Source: Bacteroidales bacterium
GTDB lineage: Bacteria; Bacteroidota; Bacteroidia; Bacteroidales; UBA7960
NCBI GenBank assembly: GCA_007118135.1
Contig: SKSE01000023.1
Coordinates: 1 to 41,835 of the forward strand
Length of the DNA: 41,835 bases
Direction of reading: 5' to 3'
The notes under the pieces are model-generated. The model was not told the origin of the DNA, made no database searches, and worked only from the letters and a program-made list of their open reading frames with translations. Positions 8,411 through 18,972 of this stretch are shown one piece after another. The stretch's first letter is position 1, and every line of letters begins with the position of its first letter. A program made the translations under genes and the position numbers.

Positions 8411-8911
8411 TCAAGGATTGCGGGAAAATTCAATCACTTCAAGGTCTTTGATGTTTCTGCCATTGATGGTAAAACGCAACATAGTAATCACTTTATGAAA
8501 ACCACTTCTGCCTGCAGCTCCCGGGTTCATATGCAGGCAGTTATGTTTTTTATCATGCATTACTTTTAAAATATGAGAGTGGCCACTAATGAAAAGCTGT
8601 GGCGGTTGGGTTTGCATAATTTGTTTTACGGCTGGCGAATAATTGCCAGGATAACCGCCAATATGGGTAATCAAAACATCCACATCTTCACACCAAAACC
8701 TTAAAAACTCAGGAAATTCTATACGTATTGCTGTTCCGTCGATATTGCCATAAACACCTCTGAGTGGTTTTAGTTTTTTTAAAGAATCCACAGTTTGAAG
8801 ATTTCCAAAATCTCCTGCATGCCATATTTCATCACTATCTTTAAAAATTCTGCCCAGTTCAGGGTGCAGGTAACCGTGTGTATCTGAAAGAAGTCCTATT
8901 TTTCGCATCAA
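8411..8911 (-). CDS. Metallophosphoesterase (YfcE/MJ0936-like)
   Basis: LSDTH, HAGD, VYGNID, GHSH and MNPG motifs. Confidence 0.92.
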   Translation of the reverse strand: MMRKIGLLSDTHGYLHPELGRIFKDSDEIWHAGDFGNLQTVDSLKKLKPLRGVYGNIDGTAIRIEFPEFLRFWCEDVDVLITHIGGYPGNYSPAVKQIMQTQPPQLFISGHSHILKVMHDKKHNCLHMNPGAAGRSGFHKVITMLRFTINGRNIKDLEVIEFSRNP

Positions 8912-9016
8912 AAAAAACCTTGAAAATATACCTTTTTTAATTTTTTGGTAAAAATAAGGCTTTAACCGCGTTCAATACATTAATTTTGTATTTTAGCAGC
9001 TTATAAATTATTCATC

Positions 9017-9574
9017 ATGGGGTATACCGCAGCTGGAAAACATAAAATCAAGGTAAAAGATAAATTTTTTACTAAATATATTGATGCTGTTGATATACAT
9101 AAAGCTGTTCGGAAAATATCTGAGCAGATTTATGCTGAATTCAAAGACGAAATTCCATTGTTTTTATGTGTATTAAACGGTTCTTTCATGTTCTCAGCTG
9201 ATTTTATGAAAGAATATGATGGTGTGTGTGAAATCAGTTTCATAAAACTTTCTTCTTACAAAGGAACTCAAAGCACTGAAGAAGTGAAAACACTTATAGG
9301 TCTCACTGAAGAAATTAAGGGTCGGACAGTTATTATTTTAGAGGATATTATTGATAGTGGAATAACCGTAAACCATCTCCTTGAGGACCTTAATAAATAT
9401 GAGCCCGCTCATTTAAAAGTTGCTACCCTTTTGCTAAAACCCGAAGCACTAAGAACTGATGTAAAGCCTGATTATATCGGTATCGAAATCCCTAAAGATT
9501 TTATTGTCGGATATGGTTTGGATTATGATGGTTTTGGCAGAAATCTCTCTGATATTTATAAAATTATTGAATAA
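9017..9574 (+). CDS. hpt: Hypoxanthine phosphoribosyltransferase
   Basis: VLNGSFMF, ILEDIIDSGIT PRPP motif, FIVGYGLDY. Confidence 0.95.
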   Translation: MGYTAAGKHKIKVKDKFFTKYIDAVDIHKAVRKISEQIYAEFKDEIPLFLCVLNGSFMFSADFMKEYDGVCEISFIKLSSYKGTQSTEEVKTLIGLTEEIKGRTVIILEDIIDSGITVNHLLEDLNKYEPAHLKVATLLLKPEALRTDVKPDYIGIEIPKDFIVGYGLDYDGFGRNLSDIYKIIE

Positions 9575-9608
9575 ATTTTACAGAAACAGCTCTGCAAAAT
9601 AACTCTTT

Positions 9609-10211
9609 ATGCTTAACCTGGTAATATTTGGACCTCCCGGTTGCGGAAAAGGAACGCAATCAGCGCGTATAGCAAAAAAATACGGGTTGATGCACCTTTC
9701 ATCAGGTGATCTATTGCGCACAGAAATTGAAAAGGGTTCTAAGCTTGGTATGCAGGTTAATCATTATATTGAGAGAGGGTTACTGGTTCCTGATGGTATT
9801 ATTTTGAGAAAAGTTTACAAAAATGCCATTGGATTAATAAATTCGGCAGGAATAATTTTTGATGGGTTTCCGCGAACTCTTATTCAGGCAGTAATGTTGG
9901 ATAGATTTCTGAAAAAAAAGAGCATCAAACTGAATATGGTAATACACATGCTCGTTGACCGGGGCGAATTATTCAGAAGATTAACAGGCCGTGCCGAGGA
10001 CTCAGGCAGAGTGGATGATACTGAGCAAATATTCAGGGTAAGAATGAGAGTGTATGAAAAACAGACTCACTGTCTTAAAGAATATTATTCGGATCAGAAA
10101 AAGATATTACAGGTTAGCGGGATGGCTCCGGTTGAAGATGTTTCTGCCAAAATTGCACATGCAATTGATCATTACCGTGAAAAAAACGAAGTGTTCTCAA
10201 ATGTTATTTAG
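9609..10211 (+). CDS. adk: Adenylate kinase (short LID type)
   Basis: GPPGCGKGTQ, HLSSGDLLR, LVPD, FDGFPRT, GRVDD; hpt-adk-obgE order. Confidence 0.93.
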   Translation: MLNLVIFGPPGCGKGTQSARIAKKYGLMHLSSGDLLRTEIEKGSKLGMQVNHYIERGLLVPDGIILRKVYKNAIGLINSAGIIFDGFPRTLIQAVMLDRFLKKKSIKLNMVIHMLVDRGELFRRLTGRAEDSGRVDDTEQIFRVRMRVYEKQTHCLKEYYSDQKKILQVSGMAPVEDVSAKIAHAIDHYREKNEVFSNVI

Positions 10212-10220
10212 TTTTGGTTA

Positions 10221-11222
10221 ATGGCTTCAAATTTTGTTGATTACATAAAGATTAATTGTCGTTCAGGAAAAGGAGGTGCAGGATCAGTTCATTTTCTGCG
10301 TGCCAAGTATGTTCCCAAAGGAGGTCCTGACGGCGGAGATGGTGGTCGTGGTGGTCATGTTATTTTAAAGGGAAATAGTCATTTGTGGACATTGCTTCAC
10401 TTGCGCTACACACGTCATGTTATTGCTGAAGCCGGGCAACCCGGCAGAGGCCAGGGCAAAACCGGTGCGCAGGGAAAGGATATTACCATTGAAGTTCCGC
10501 TCGGTACAGTTGCCCGTAATGCCGAAACAGGTGAGTTAATGGCCGAGATTACAGAGCATGAACAGGAAGTGATTTTATTGGAAGGTGGTCGGGGTGGACT
10601 GGGAAACATCCACTTTAAAACGGCCACAAACCAAACACCAAGGTATGCTCAGCCCGGTGAAGATGAACAGGAAGCTTCTGTTATTATGGAGCTGAAAATA
10701 CTTGCTGATGTAGGACTTGTTGGATTTCCCAATGCAGGCAAGTCAACATTACTTTCGGTTGTTTCGGCAGCCAAACCCGAAATCGCAGACTATCCCTTTA
10801 CCACTCTTGTCCCTAACCTGGGTATGGTGCCCTATTATGATCAGAAATCATTTGTGATGGCGGATATTCCTGGTATCATAGAAGGTGCGCATGAAGGACG
10901 CGGTCTAGGTCATCGTTTTCTGCGGCATATTGAAAGAAACTCAGTACTGTTATTTCTTATTCCGGTTGATACTGATGATATAAAGAAAGAATATCAAATA
11001 TTACTGAGAGAATTGCAAATGTACAATCCTGAGCTTCTTGATAAACAAAGATTACTTGCAGTTTCAAAATGCGATTTGGCTGATGAAGAGTTACTGACTG
11101 AAATCGCTAAGGAACTTCCTGATCTGCCTTATGTTATGATTTCATCGCACACTCAGCAAGGTATTAAGGAATTGAAAGACGTGCTTTGGAAAACTCTTAA
11201 TGAAAATATTTATATAGATTAA
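10221..11222 (+). CDS. obgE: GTPase ObgE/CgtA
   Basis: [12 protein letters not shown] Obg fold, [33 protein letters not shown]. Confidence 0.98.
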   Translation: MASNFVDYIKINCRSGKGGAGSVHFLRAKYVPKGGPDGGDGGRGGHVILKGNSHLWTLLHLRYTRHVIAEAGQPGRGQGKTGAQGKDITIEVPLGTVARNAETGELMAEITEHEQEVILLEGGRGGLGNIHFKTATNQTPRYAQPGEDEQEASVIMELKILADVGLVGFPNAGKSTLLSVVSAAKPEIADYPFTTLVPNLGMVPYYDQKSFVMADIPGIIEGAHEGRGLGHRFLRHIERNSVLLFLIPVDTDDIKKEYQILLRELQMYNPELLDKQRLLAVSKCDLADEELLTEIAKELPDLPYVMISSHTQQGIKELKDVLWKTLNENIYID

Positions 11223-11243
11223 TTATATTTACTTTATCATCGA

Positions 11244-11852
11244 ATGCTTGAATTCTTAATTGAACTTGATAAACAGGTTTTCCTGCTGCTGAATGGTTTG
11301 CACAGCTCTTGGCTCGATCCTTTAATGTTCTACGCAAGTAAAAAGTTCTTCTGGATACCTTTTTATTTAGTTCTTCTATGGTTGTTTTTCAAACATTACG
11401 GTTGGCAAACAACTTTAATAATTCTACTTTTTATCGTTGTCTTAATTACAATGAGTGATCAGATATCGGGCATTTTAAAAGAAACTACCCGCAGGCTAAG
11501 ACCGGTTCGGGATGAAGAACTGGAGGGTTTGGTACATTTTGTTAAGCGAAGAAGCGGGGGGCGTTACGGTTTTGTTTCATCTCATGCATCTAATTCCTTT
11601 GCACTTGCACTATTTGTTATTCATTTACTTAAATACAAAGTAAAATTTATTATCCCTGTTATGATAGGCTGGGCAAGCTTGAAATCATACAGCAGGATTT
11701 ATCTGGGAGCTCATTTTCCAGGTGATATAATTGGAGGAATACTTTTGGGTATTGTTTGTGCAGTTATAGTTGTAAAAGCCTGGGATTATTTTTATAAAAC
11801 TGACTCTGCTGATAATCTCCCCAAAGTACCTTTAAATCCCGATTTAAATTAA
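11244..11852 (+). CDS. PAP2-family membrane phosphatase
   Basis: KxxxxxxRP (LKETTRRLRP), FVSSHA, SRIYLGAHFPGD; several TM segments. Confidence 0.9.
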   Translation: MLEFLIELDKQVFLLLNGLHSSWLDPLMFYASKKFFWIPFYLVLLWLFFKHYGWQTTLIILLFIVVLITMSDQISGILKETTRRLRPVRDEELEGLVHFVKRRSGGRYGFVSSHASNSFALALFVIHLLKYKVKFIIPVMIGWASLKSYSRIYLGAHFPGDIIGGILLGIVCAVIVVKAWDYFYKTDSADNLPKVPLNPDLN

Positions 11853-12314
11853 TCAGTAACCTGAAAACTTTGTTTCAGTCTTTTCAGGCATTACCTTGTA
11901 AATTGCCACATTGTTTACCGCCGGTGCATTGTAACTGAAGTCTTTTCCTGTATATTTACGCATAATAATATTTAATACTCTTACCTTTTCATCATAATCT
12001 TCAATAAATTCTACTTTCCCGGTTATAAGAACACTTTTATATTTCATGCCATAACTGCATGCAACCTGCTCATGCCTGTGAAACAACTTATGATCAGTAC
12101 TGAAAGTGACGCAAATATCAGGGTTATCATTTAAAACATCAATTTTCTTCCCAATAGGGGCCGAATGAAGAAAAACTATTCCATCTTCATATCCGAAATT
12201 GAAAGGTAAAACATAGGGTTTATTTTGCTGATCAATCATACCAATATAGCATACATCGCATTTGTCAATTACTTCAGCTGCTTTATCGGGGTCTGTATAA
12301 AGGGTATTGGCCAT
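11853..12314 (-). CDS. Pyridoxamine 5'-phosphate oxidase-like FMN-binding protein (Nim-like family)
   Basis: PYVLPFNFGY, FLHSAPIGKK, YKSVLITGKVEFI. Confidence 0.88.
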   Translation of the reverse strand: MANTLYTDPDKAAEVIDKCDVCYIGMIDQQNKPYVLPFNFGYEDGIVFLHSAPIGKKIDVLNDNPDICVTFSTDHKLFHRHEQVACSYGMKYKSVLITGKVEFIEDYDEKVRVLNIIMRKYTGKDFSYNAPAVNNVAIYKVMPEKTETKFSGY

Positions 12315-12396
12315 AATTTCTGGTCTTTGGAGTAAAAAGATAATTAAAAATTTAAATATTTAATCTGCTGCAATCTGAATATAGAAATACCTTAAT

Positions 12397-14496
12397 CTAA
12401 GATTCATTTCTAACAATGATGTTCAGATTAAGAAGTTCAGAAACCAGTTTTCTTGTTGTAACAGGTTTTGTAATATATGCATCAAAACCTTCTTTCAGAT
12501 ATTTTTCCTTATCACCTGCCATAGCATGCGCAGTAATTGCAATAACCGGCGGAAGTCTGTCATATCTTTTTCGAAGTTCTTTCATGGCGGTAACACCATC
12601 CATTACCGGCATCATTATATCCATAAGAACGACATCGTGAGTATCATAATTAAACACATCCAATGCTTCAATTCCGTTTTTTGCCATATCAACATTGCAA
12701 TCTGCTGCCTGTAACATTAAAGATATGACCTGAAGGTTCACATTTTTATCATCTACCAGCAGGATGTTAAGGCCCAGAGAAACTTCCCAGTCTTCATCCT
12801 CATCAAAATCATCTTCCGGGATATTAACTACAGATTTGGCAGTTGACTGTGACTCAAAAGTAAACCAGAAAGTACTTCCTTCTCCGGGTTTACTCTTAAC
12901 ACCTATATCACCTCCCATATAATTTATCAGATGCCTGCATATATAAAGCCCAAGTCCTGAGCCACCGGTTGAATTGTGCAAATTGTGGTCAAGTTGCTGG
13001 AATTTATTAAAAAGCCTTGCCTGATTTTCTTCGCTTATTCCAATACCGGTATCAGAAACTGAAACTATAATATTCTTTGGATTTGATGGGTCGGGCAGCT
13101 TCACTTCAATTTTGATCTTACCATTGTCGGTAAACTTAATGGAATTGTTTAGAAGATTCATGATAACCTGTTCGAGCCTGAGTTTATCTGCAACCAAAAT
13201 TTCAGGAACACTTGTATCAATTTCTACTTCAAGTACACTGTTTTTATTAATGAGTTCCGGTTGGTTTAATATTTTTATATTGTTTATCATCGTATGCAGG
13301 CTGAAAGGCTCATATCTGAGTTCAATTTCACCTGCTTCAATTTTTGCAATATCAAGAATATCGTTGATAAGGCGAAGTAAAACTTTTGAAGATTCATTGA
13401 TGATGTGCAGATAGTCTGCCTGCTGCGGGTCAAGGTCGGTGGTTGAAAGTATTTCGCTCATGCCAATTATACCTGTTACCGGAGTGCGGATTTCATGACT
13501 CATATTGGCAAGAAACAGGTTTTTTGATTCAGAAGCCTTTTGAGCTATTTCAGCTTCCTTAATTATGGCTAAAGTTTTCTTATGCTCACTTATGTCTTTG
13601 CAAATAAATAAAACCTGATCTTTGTTTCGGAATCTTAATTTACGGGCTAAAGCATTAAAACATCCTGGAACTTTGTTTTTGCCCGAAATCAGCAAATCAT
13701 CAAAAAAAATAATTTCATTGCTAAAGTCACTCAGGGTTTTATTTAGAAAATCTTCGTTTTCAGGCGGTATTATATTTGAAAACCATAGGTTTAATAACTC
13801 CGGCTTTTCATAACCAAATAAATTTGAAATTGCCTGATTTGTATAAGAAAAAACCTGTTTATCATAATCTGCAATAATAACTCCATCGTTAATATTTTCA
13901 CAGATTAATTGAAATAACTTGTACGAACTTTCATTTTCTTTTTCCAGCTCCGATATCTCAATTTTATTTTTCCAAAGTTCACGGGTGAGTTTTTTTTGAA
14001 CTTTTTCGGAGTCAGATTCAAGGTCCTGAGTATCTGTTTGTGAATAATTTTGACTTTCAGTATATGAATGATGATTATTTCGAACACCTGACGAATGGAA
14101 ATGCTCAATATACCAATGATCATTTTCTTTTTTCCATAAAATGGTCAGCTTCAAATTATTAAAACAATCTTCATGAGCTTCCTTATCATCCGGTTTATCA
14201 AATTCAAAGCTACTAATTGTCAAGGCTGAATCAGCAGAAAATGCCCTGGTATTACGGAAATTTTCATCAAATCGGGTTTGTTGATGAATCTGACTGATAT
14301 CGTTATTTATTTGTTGAATAACCTGCTCAACTCCAAGGATAGTTTTACATTTTAAAGAACCAAAACCAATAGTGTTATCAGTAAAAAATGACACCAGATC
14401 ATTGGAATTTTTACTTCTCAGAAAGGTATCCAGAAACAAATCATACTTTTCGTTGATTTCACGGGCTATTGCATCAGGGTCAAAGTATTCCCACAT
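12397..14496 (-). CDS. Soluble hybrid sensor histidine kinase (NTF2/SnoaL-like, PAS, HisKA, HATPase, REC)
   Basis: FLANMSHEIRTP H-box, NLLNNSIKFT N-box, DTGIG, GSGLGL, REC VLMDIMMPVMDG...KP; N-terminus ends WKKENDHWYIEHFHSS as in SnoaL-like folds; no TM helix evident. Confidence 0.92.
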   Translation of the reverse strand: MWEYFDPDAIAREINEKYDLFLDTFLRSKNSNDLVSFFTDNTIGFGSLKCKTILGVEQVIQQINNDISQIHQQTRFDENFRNTRAFSADSALTISSFEFDKPDDKEAHEDCFNNLKLTILWKKENDHWYIEHFHSSGVRNNHHSYTESQNYSQTDTQDLESDSEKVQKKLTRELWKNKIEISELEKENESSYKLFQLICENINDGVIIADYDKQVFSYTNQAISNLFGYEKPELLNLWFSNIIPPENEDFLNKTLSDFSNEIIFFDDLLISGKNKVPGCFNALARKLRFRNKDQVLFICKDISEHKKTLAIIKEAEIAQKASESKNLFLANMSHEIRTPVTGIIGMSEILSTTDLDPQQADYLHIINESSKVLLRLINDILDIAKIEAGEIELRYEPFSLHTMINNIKILNQPELINKNSVLEVEIDTSVPEILVADKLRLEQVIMNLLNNSIKFTDNGKIKIEVKLPDPSNPKNIIVSVSDTGIGISEENQARLFNKFQQLDHNLHNSTGGSGLGLYICRHLINYMGGDIGVKSKPGEGSTFWFTFESQSTAKSVVNIPEDDFDEDEDWEVSLGLNILLVDDKNVNLQVISLMLQAADCNVDMAKNGIEALDVFNYDTHDVVLMDIMMPVMDGVTAMKELRKRYDRLPPVIAITAHAMAGDKEKYLKEGFDAYITKPVTTRKLVSELLNLNIIVRNES

Positions 14497-14739
14497 ACCA
14501 GAAAGATTTTTGGTGCTTTCCAGGCTTATTCAATTTTTAAAAATAATGACCTGTTCAGCTACTGTTTTTTCCCTTTAAACAATAAATATTCTTATTGCCT
14601 TTATCAGTTTGCAATAATAATGAATTTTATTTAATGTTTTAATTTTTCGTTTATGGGCAGTGTATTATCATAGTTTCAGGATGAACCAACAACTTATTGT
14701 AAAATAAAAGAATTCTTACAAAAGATTAGAAGGCCTTAA

Positions 14740-16665
14740 TTACTCTCGTTCTCTCCATTTCATTTTTCTATTCTCGGATTCCAATACTACTTTTTTATTG
14801 TCAAGCAGCCACTGAATTACTTTAATGATTTTATTTTCGGTAATATTTGATGGAATTTTGCTGATAATTTCCTGCATATTCATTTGTTTCTGTTGCAGTA
14901 ATGGTTTTACAATGGCAATTACATTGTCAAATTCAAGTTTGCTGAGATTGAGTTTGTTTCTTTCTATACAGATATCGCATACTCCGCAACGAGGAGCGTC
15001 TGATTCACCAAAATAGTCAAGTAATATAATACTCCTGCACCGGTTTTCAGACTCCACATAATCCTTCATTGCTTTAATGCGTTTTCCGGCATACTTCTTT
15101 CTATCGGCATAGTTTTCAGCAGAAATATTGATATCACGTAGCTCTGTACGGCCAATAATAAAAGTTAACTGTGGCTCTTTATTTTGCGGTATATAATGAA
15201 TAACATTCATCTTATGGAGATTCCATAATGCGCTGCGAACTTTATCATTGCTCAGTTTTGAACGGGTTTCAATATCATTCTCATCAATTTTAGTGAATTC
15301 AGAAAAAAGCCCAGTGTATGATCTTAAAATTATCTTCAATAATTGATCATAGGCAGGGTTGGCTACCATAAATCTGTAAAGTTCTTCTTTATTGAGAAGT
15401 ATTAGGATTCGTGAAGGATTTATTAAAGCTTCTGATAAAAAAATGTATCCTTCTTTTTCCAGTATTTTAAGCGCATTAAAAACCTTGAACCTGTCGAGTT
15501 TGTAATGATTACAGAAATCACTCAAAACAAAATCAAAACTTTTATCTTTCCCGCTTCCTATGGCAAGCTGAAAATAGTTTCCCAGGGCATTATAAACATT
15601 TTTAATGAAATCAAGTGGGGGATATGAAAGCTCGAAAAAATGGTCAAGATCAATGGTGTCTGATTTGTTGTATAGCAATACTGCATAGGCTTTTTTTTCA
15701 TCCCTTCCGGCCCTTCCCGCTTCCTGAAAATAAGCTTCCGGACTATCGGGTAAATCCATATGAACCACAAATCTGACATTGGGTTTGTCGATACCCATTC
15801 CAAAAGCATTGGTCGATACTATAACACGGCGCTTCTCCTGAATCCACGCTTCCTGTTTTATATCTCTTATACCGGAATCAAGACCTGCATGGTAAAAATC
15901 GGCGGAGATATTGTTTTTAACCAAAAATTCAGATATTTCTTTAGTCCTTCGCCTGTTTCGAACATATATTATTCCTGTACCCGGCACCTTCCGGCAAATG
16001 TTAACAAGACGGTTAAGTTTATTTTCTTCATTGATAACAGCATATACCAGGTTCTTTCGTTCGAAACTTTTCCTGAAAACCTTGCCATTATTAAATTCCA
16101 ACTTATTGCAAATATCTTTTATTACGTCAGTGGTTGCTGTTGCAGTAAGAGCCAGAAATGGAATATTCTTTAAAAATTCCCGTATTTCCGAAATTTTCAG
16201 ATAAGGTGGTCTGAAATCATATCCCCATTGCGAAATACAGTGCACCTCATCAATGGCTACAAGGTTTACTTTCATTTTGGGAAGTCTGGAACGAATGATA
16301 TCCGTTGTCAGTCTTTCAGGTGAAAGGTATAGGAATTTTATGTTGCCATAAACGCAATTATCAATTGCCATATCTATCTCCGATTTGCTTAAACCTGAAT
16401 AAATTGCTACTGCTTTTATTCCGCGCTTATTCAAATTGCTTACCTGATCTTTCATAAGCGCAATGAGGGGAGAAACAACGATACATACGCCTTCCCGTGC
16501 CATTGCCGGTACCTGAAAACAAATAGACTTACCACCTCCGGTGGGTAGTAATGCAAGTGTGTCATTTCCATCCAGAACAGATTGGATGATCTCTTCCTGC
16601 ATGGGTCTGAAAGAAGAATATCCCCAGTATTTCAAAAGTATTTGCCTGGGTTCTGATAATGACAT
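14740..16665 (-). CDS. recQ: RecQ-family ATP-dependent DNA helicase
   Basis: PTGGGKS, DEVHCISQWGYDFRP, LTATAT, FGMGIDKPNVR, QEAGRAGRD, Zn-binding CR...CGVCDIC. Confidence 0.93.
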   Translation of the reverse strand: MSLSEPRQILLKYWGYSSFRPMQEEIIQSVLDGNDTLALLPTGGGKSICFQVPAMAREGVCIVVSPLIALMKDQVSNLNKRGIKAVAIYSGLSKSEIDMAIDNCVYGNIKFLYLSPERLTTDIIRSRLPKMKVNLVAIDEVHCISQWGYDFRPPYLKISEIREFLKNIPFLALTATATTDVIKDICNKLEFNNGKVFRKSFERKNLVYAVINEENKLNRLVNICRKVPGTGIIYVRNRRRTKEISEFLVKNNISADFYHAGLDSGIRDIKQEAWIQEKRRVIVSTNAFGMGIDKPNVRFVVHMDLPDSPEAYFQEAGRAGRDEKKAYAVLLYNKSDTIDLDHFFELSYPPLDFIKNVYNALGNYFQLAIGSGKDKSFDFVLSDFCNHYKLDRFKVFNALKILEKEGYIFLSEALINPSRILILLNKEELYRFMVANPAYDQLLKIILRSYTGLFSEFTKIDENDIETRSKLSNDKVRSALWNLHKMNVIHYIPQNKEPQLTFIIGRTELRDINISAENYADRKKYAGKRIKAMKDYVESENRCRSIILLDYFGESDAPRCGVCDICIERNKLNLSKLEFDNVIAIVKPLLQQKQMNMQEIISKIPSNITENKIIKVIQWLLDNKKVVLESENRKMKWRERE

Positions 16666-16773
16666 AATTTAGTTTTTTTAACCTGATTATCTTAGTCCGG
16701 ATCCTTTATAAAACCGAAAAATAAGGATTTTTTCCTTTATTTTTACAGAAAATCACAGGTTTAGATATTAATC

Positions 16774-18285
16774 ATGAAAGATAAAAGCCGGATAACCTTT
16801 CTCCTTTCTTCTTTTTTGCTTATTAAGGCTGTATTATTAATCACTGGTTCAAATTCGGCGGTTTCCATGCCTCCTTTCCAGGATAATCCGGAATTTAATT
16901 TTTTACAAGCTGTTAGCGAAGGTAACCTTAGTGAAACTGAAAGATATTTAGATGATGAAGTTGATCCTGATGCTGCTGATTTTTTTGGTGTTACCGGTCT
17001 TATGCTTGCCGCAATTAACGGGCATACCGAAATAATGGATCTCTTAATTCAATATAATGCTGATGTAAATCGGACTGATAATGATGGAATGACAGCTTTA
17101 TTGTATGCCTTGCTTTATTCAAATGATGAAATTGTTTACCGCCTGTTTCCATTGATTGATGAAATTGACCATCAGAATGAAGAAGGTTTTACTGCCCTCA
17201 TGTTTATTTCACAAACTGATAATATTTCATTTGCACAATACGCAGTTTATAGGGGTGCAAATGTAAATCATACAAATCGTTTGGGAATATCACCGATTAT
17301 GTATGCATCTGCTTTTGGTAATTTTTTCGTGGTTGATTTTTTGCATTTTCATGGTGCCAATATGGATCATCAGTCCGATGATGGCTCAGCAGCTATTCAT
17401 ATGGCAGCTTATTACGGGCATGAAGAAGTTATGGGTCTCTTACTCGAAATGGGTACTGATATAAATATGCTGGATAGTCGTGGCAATACTCCTTTAATAT
17501 ATGCTGTAATGGCTCGTAATCCGGTTGCAGTATGGTATCTGATGGAAAGTGGTGCAAATCCTGAAATTGTTAATAATTTTGACTTTACAGCACTTTCTAT
17601 TGCCATTTCAAGAGAGAATACAGGGATTGTTGAACTATTAACATCATATGATTTTATTGAACCAGATCCTTCTGAAAAGAGAAATACGGTTTTGGCAAGG
17701 GCATATTATTCGGGAAACTCTGAAATAGTAAATCTACTCAAAGGGTTTTCCGGCACTAATCCTAAGGGGTTATATTTTTCAGAACTTTCAGGTGCAGCAA
17801 AAACTGAATTTAACAGTAATGAAATGATGTATGGCATTGCTGCCAGAATCTTCGAAGCAAGATATAAAATATTGACAACTGCTTCTTTTTCAATGCGGAT
17901 AAATGAGCGCCCTGTTCAGGTTTATCAAAATCCTGAATTGATTTTCCAGTTTCAGGAATCCCGAATGATTTGGTCACTTGGCTTACAACGCGAACTTTTT
18001 TCTCTCCCGGTAAGACGGGCTGAATTTAATTTATATCTGGGTTTTAAAACACTTTATTCGCGAGGCTCATATAGTGGTACATCCATAGGTCCACCTTCAG
18101 GATTCAATATAGCACCTTTAATTGATCTTAATTACAGATATAAGGATTTTTCTGTTTCAGGAAGTTATTATTTTTATAGGACAGGGCAAACCGATATTCC
18201 GCCAAATCGTTTTCAAGTAGGAATACAATATCATTTTCAATTGTTTAAAACCAGAGGAATGCAGTTCAGACCCATTATCAGATAA
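16774..18285 (+). CDS. Exported ankyrin-repeat protein with C-terminal beta-strand (barrel-like) domain
   Basis: Hydrophobic N-terminal signal; ~8 ankyrin repeats (GVTGLMLAA, GMTALLYA, GFTALMF, GISPIMYA, GNTPLIYAV); aromatic alternating strands after ~aa 330. Confidence 0.85.
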   Translation: MKDKSRITFLLSSFLLIKAVLLITGSNSAVSMPPFQDNPEFNFLQAVSEGNLSETERYLDDEVDPDAADFFGVTGLMLAAINGHTEIMDLLIQYNADVNRTDNDGMTALLYALLYSNDEIVYRLFPLIDEIDHQNEEGFTALMFISQTDNISFAQYAVYRGANVNHTNRLGISPIMYASAFGNFFVVDFLHFHGANMDHQSDDGSAAIHMAAYYGHEEVMGLLLEMGTDINMLDSRGNTPLIYAVMARNPVAVWYLMESGANPEIVNNFDFTALSIAISRENTGIVELLTSYDFIEPDPSEKRNTVLARAYYSGNSEIVNLLKGFSGTNPKGLYFSELSGAAKTEFNSNEMMYGIAARIFEARYKILTTASFSMRINERPVQVYQNPELIFQFQESRMIWSLGLQRELFSLPVRRAEFNLYLGFKTLYSRGSYSGTSIGPPSGFNIAPLIDLNYRYKDFSVSGSYYFYRTGQTDIPPNRFQVGIQYHFQLFKTRGMQFRPIIR

Positions 18286-18328
18286 AACTGACGATTTCGT
18301 AATTTATTTAGCTTGATTTAAACTGGGT

Positions 18329-18775
18329 ATGGTAAAAAAAATCAAAAATAATTGTACTAAGGTGTTAAAACGTTCAGCATTATTCCTTTGCATGATATTG
18401 TTACTGGTGAATTGCAAAAGTAAATATGATGATTGTACCGAACAGGATTATGCTGATTGTATAACAGAAAAACCTGAAACCGGAAGAATCAAAGTATTAC
18501 TTACTATAAACAGCGAAAATCGTTTCATACCCGTTAATGTATATGAAGGCGACTTTGAAAACGGAAAATTGTTAAGGTCTGATACTATTACAATGCGAAC
18601 CTTTCATTATAATCTTACACCGGAAAAGGATTACTCTTTTACAGCGACTTATAAAGATGGTAACTCAACAATAATGGCAATTGATGGCGGACGGATTACA
18701 ATATCGCGATACAGAATGTGCGAATTACGGTGTTACGATCTTAATGCTCCCGAAATAGATTTGCGGCTGCGTTAA
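18329..18775 (+). CDS. Hypothetical lipoprotein
   Basis: Basic N-region, hydrophobic core, LVNC lipobox; extra Cys pairs. Confidence 0.7.
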   Translation: MVKKIKNNCTKVLKRSALFLCMILLLVNCKSKYDDCTEQDYADCITEKPETGRIKVLLTINSENRFIPVNVYEGDFENGKLLRSDTITMRTFHYNLTPEKDYSFTATYKDGNSTIMAIDGGRITISRYRMCELRCYDLNAPEIDLRLR

Positions 18776-18954
18776 TTCTTTTTTGCTGTAAAGTTTTTCA
18801 GATCGGTAACCAGCGGACACTTTTCACATTCGCTGCTGCAACCTTCGCAATCCGTGGCTTTGGCTTTGGGTCTTTTAAAAAATATAAGTATCCTGTAAAT
18901 GAAATAACTAAAAGCCGCAGCTACTATTAATATGGTAATTATCCATTGAAGCAT
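18772..18954 (-). CDS. FeoB-associated Cys-rich small membrane protein
   Basis: N-terminal TM helix plus CEGCSSECEKCP; immediately downstream of feoB. Confidence 0.85.
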   Translation of the reverse strand: MLQWIITILIVAAAFSYFIYRILIFFKRPKAKATDCEGCSSECEKCPLVTDLKNFTAKKN

Positions 18955-18972
18955 TTAAAACCTTCTGATTGG

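Noticed and set aside
11853-12314. Nim nitroimidazole resistance gene
   Set aside because: Same fold family, but widespread chromosomal PNPOx-like proteins look like this; no IS or other evidence for resistance.
14740-16665. DEVH instead of DEAH in RecQ
   Set aside because: Still fits the DExH consensus and occurs in functional RecQ-family helicases; all other motifs are intact.
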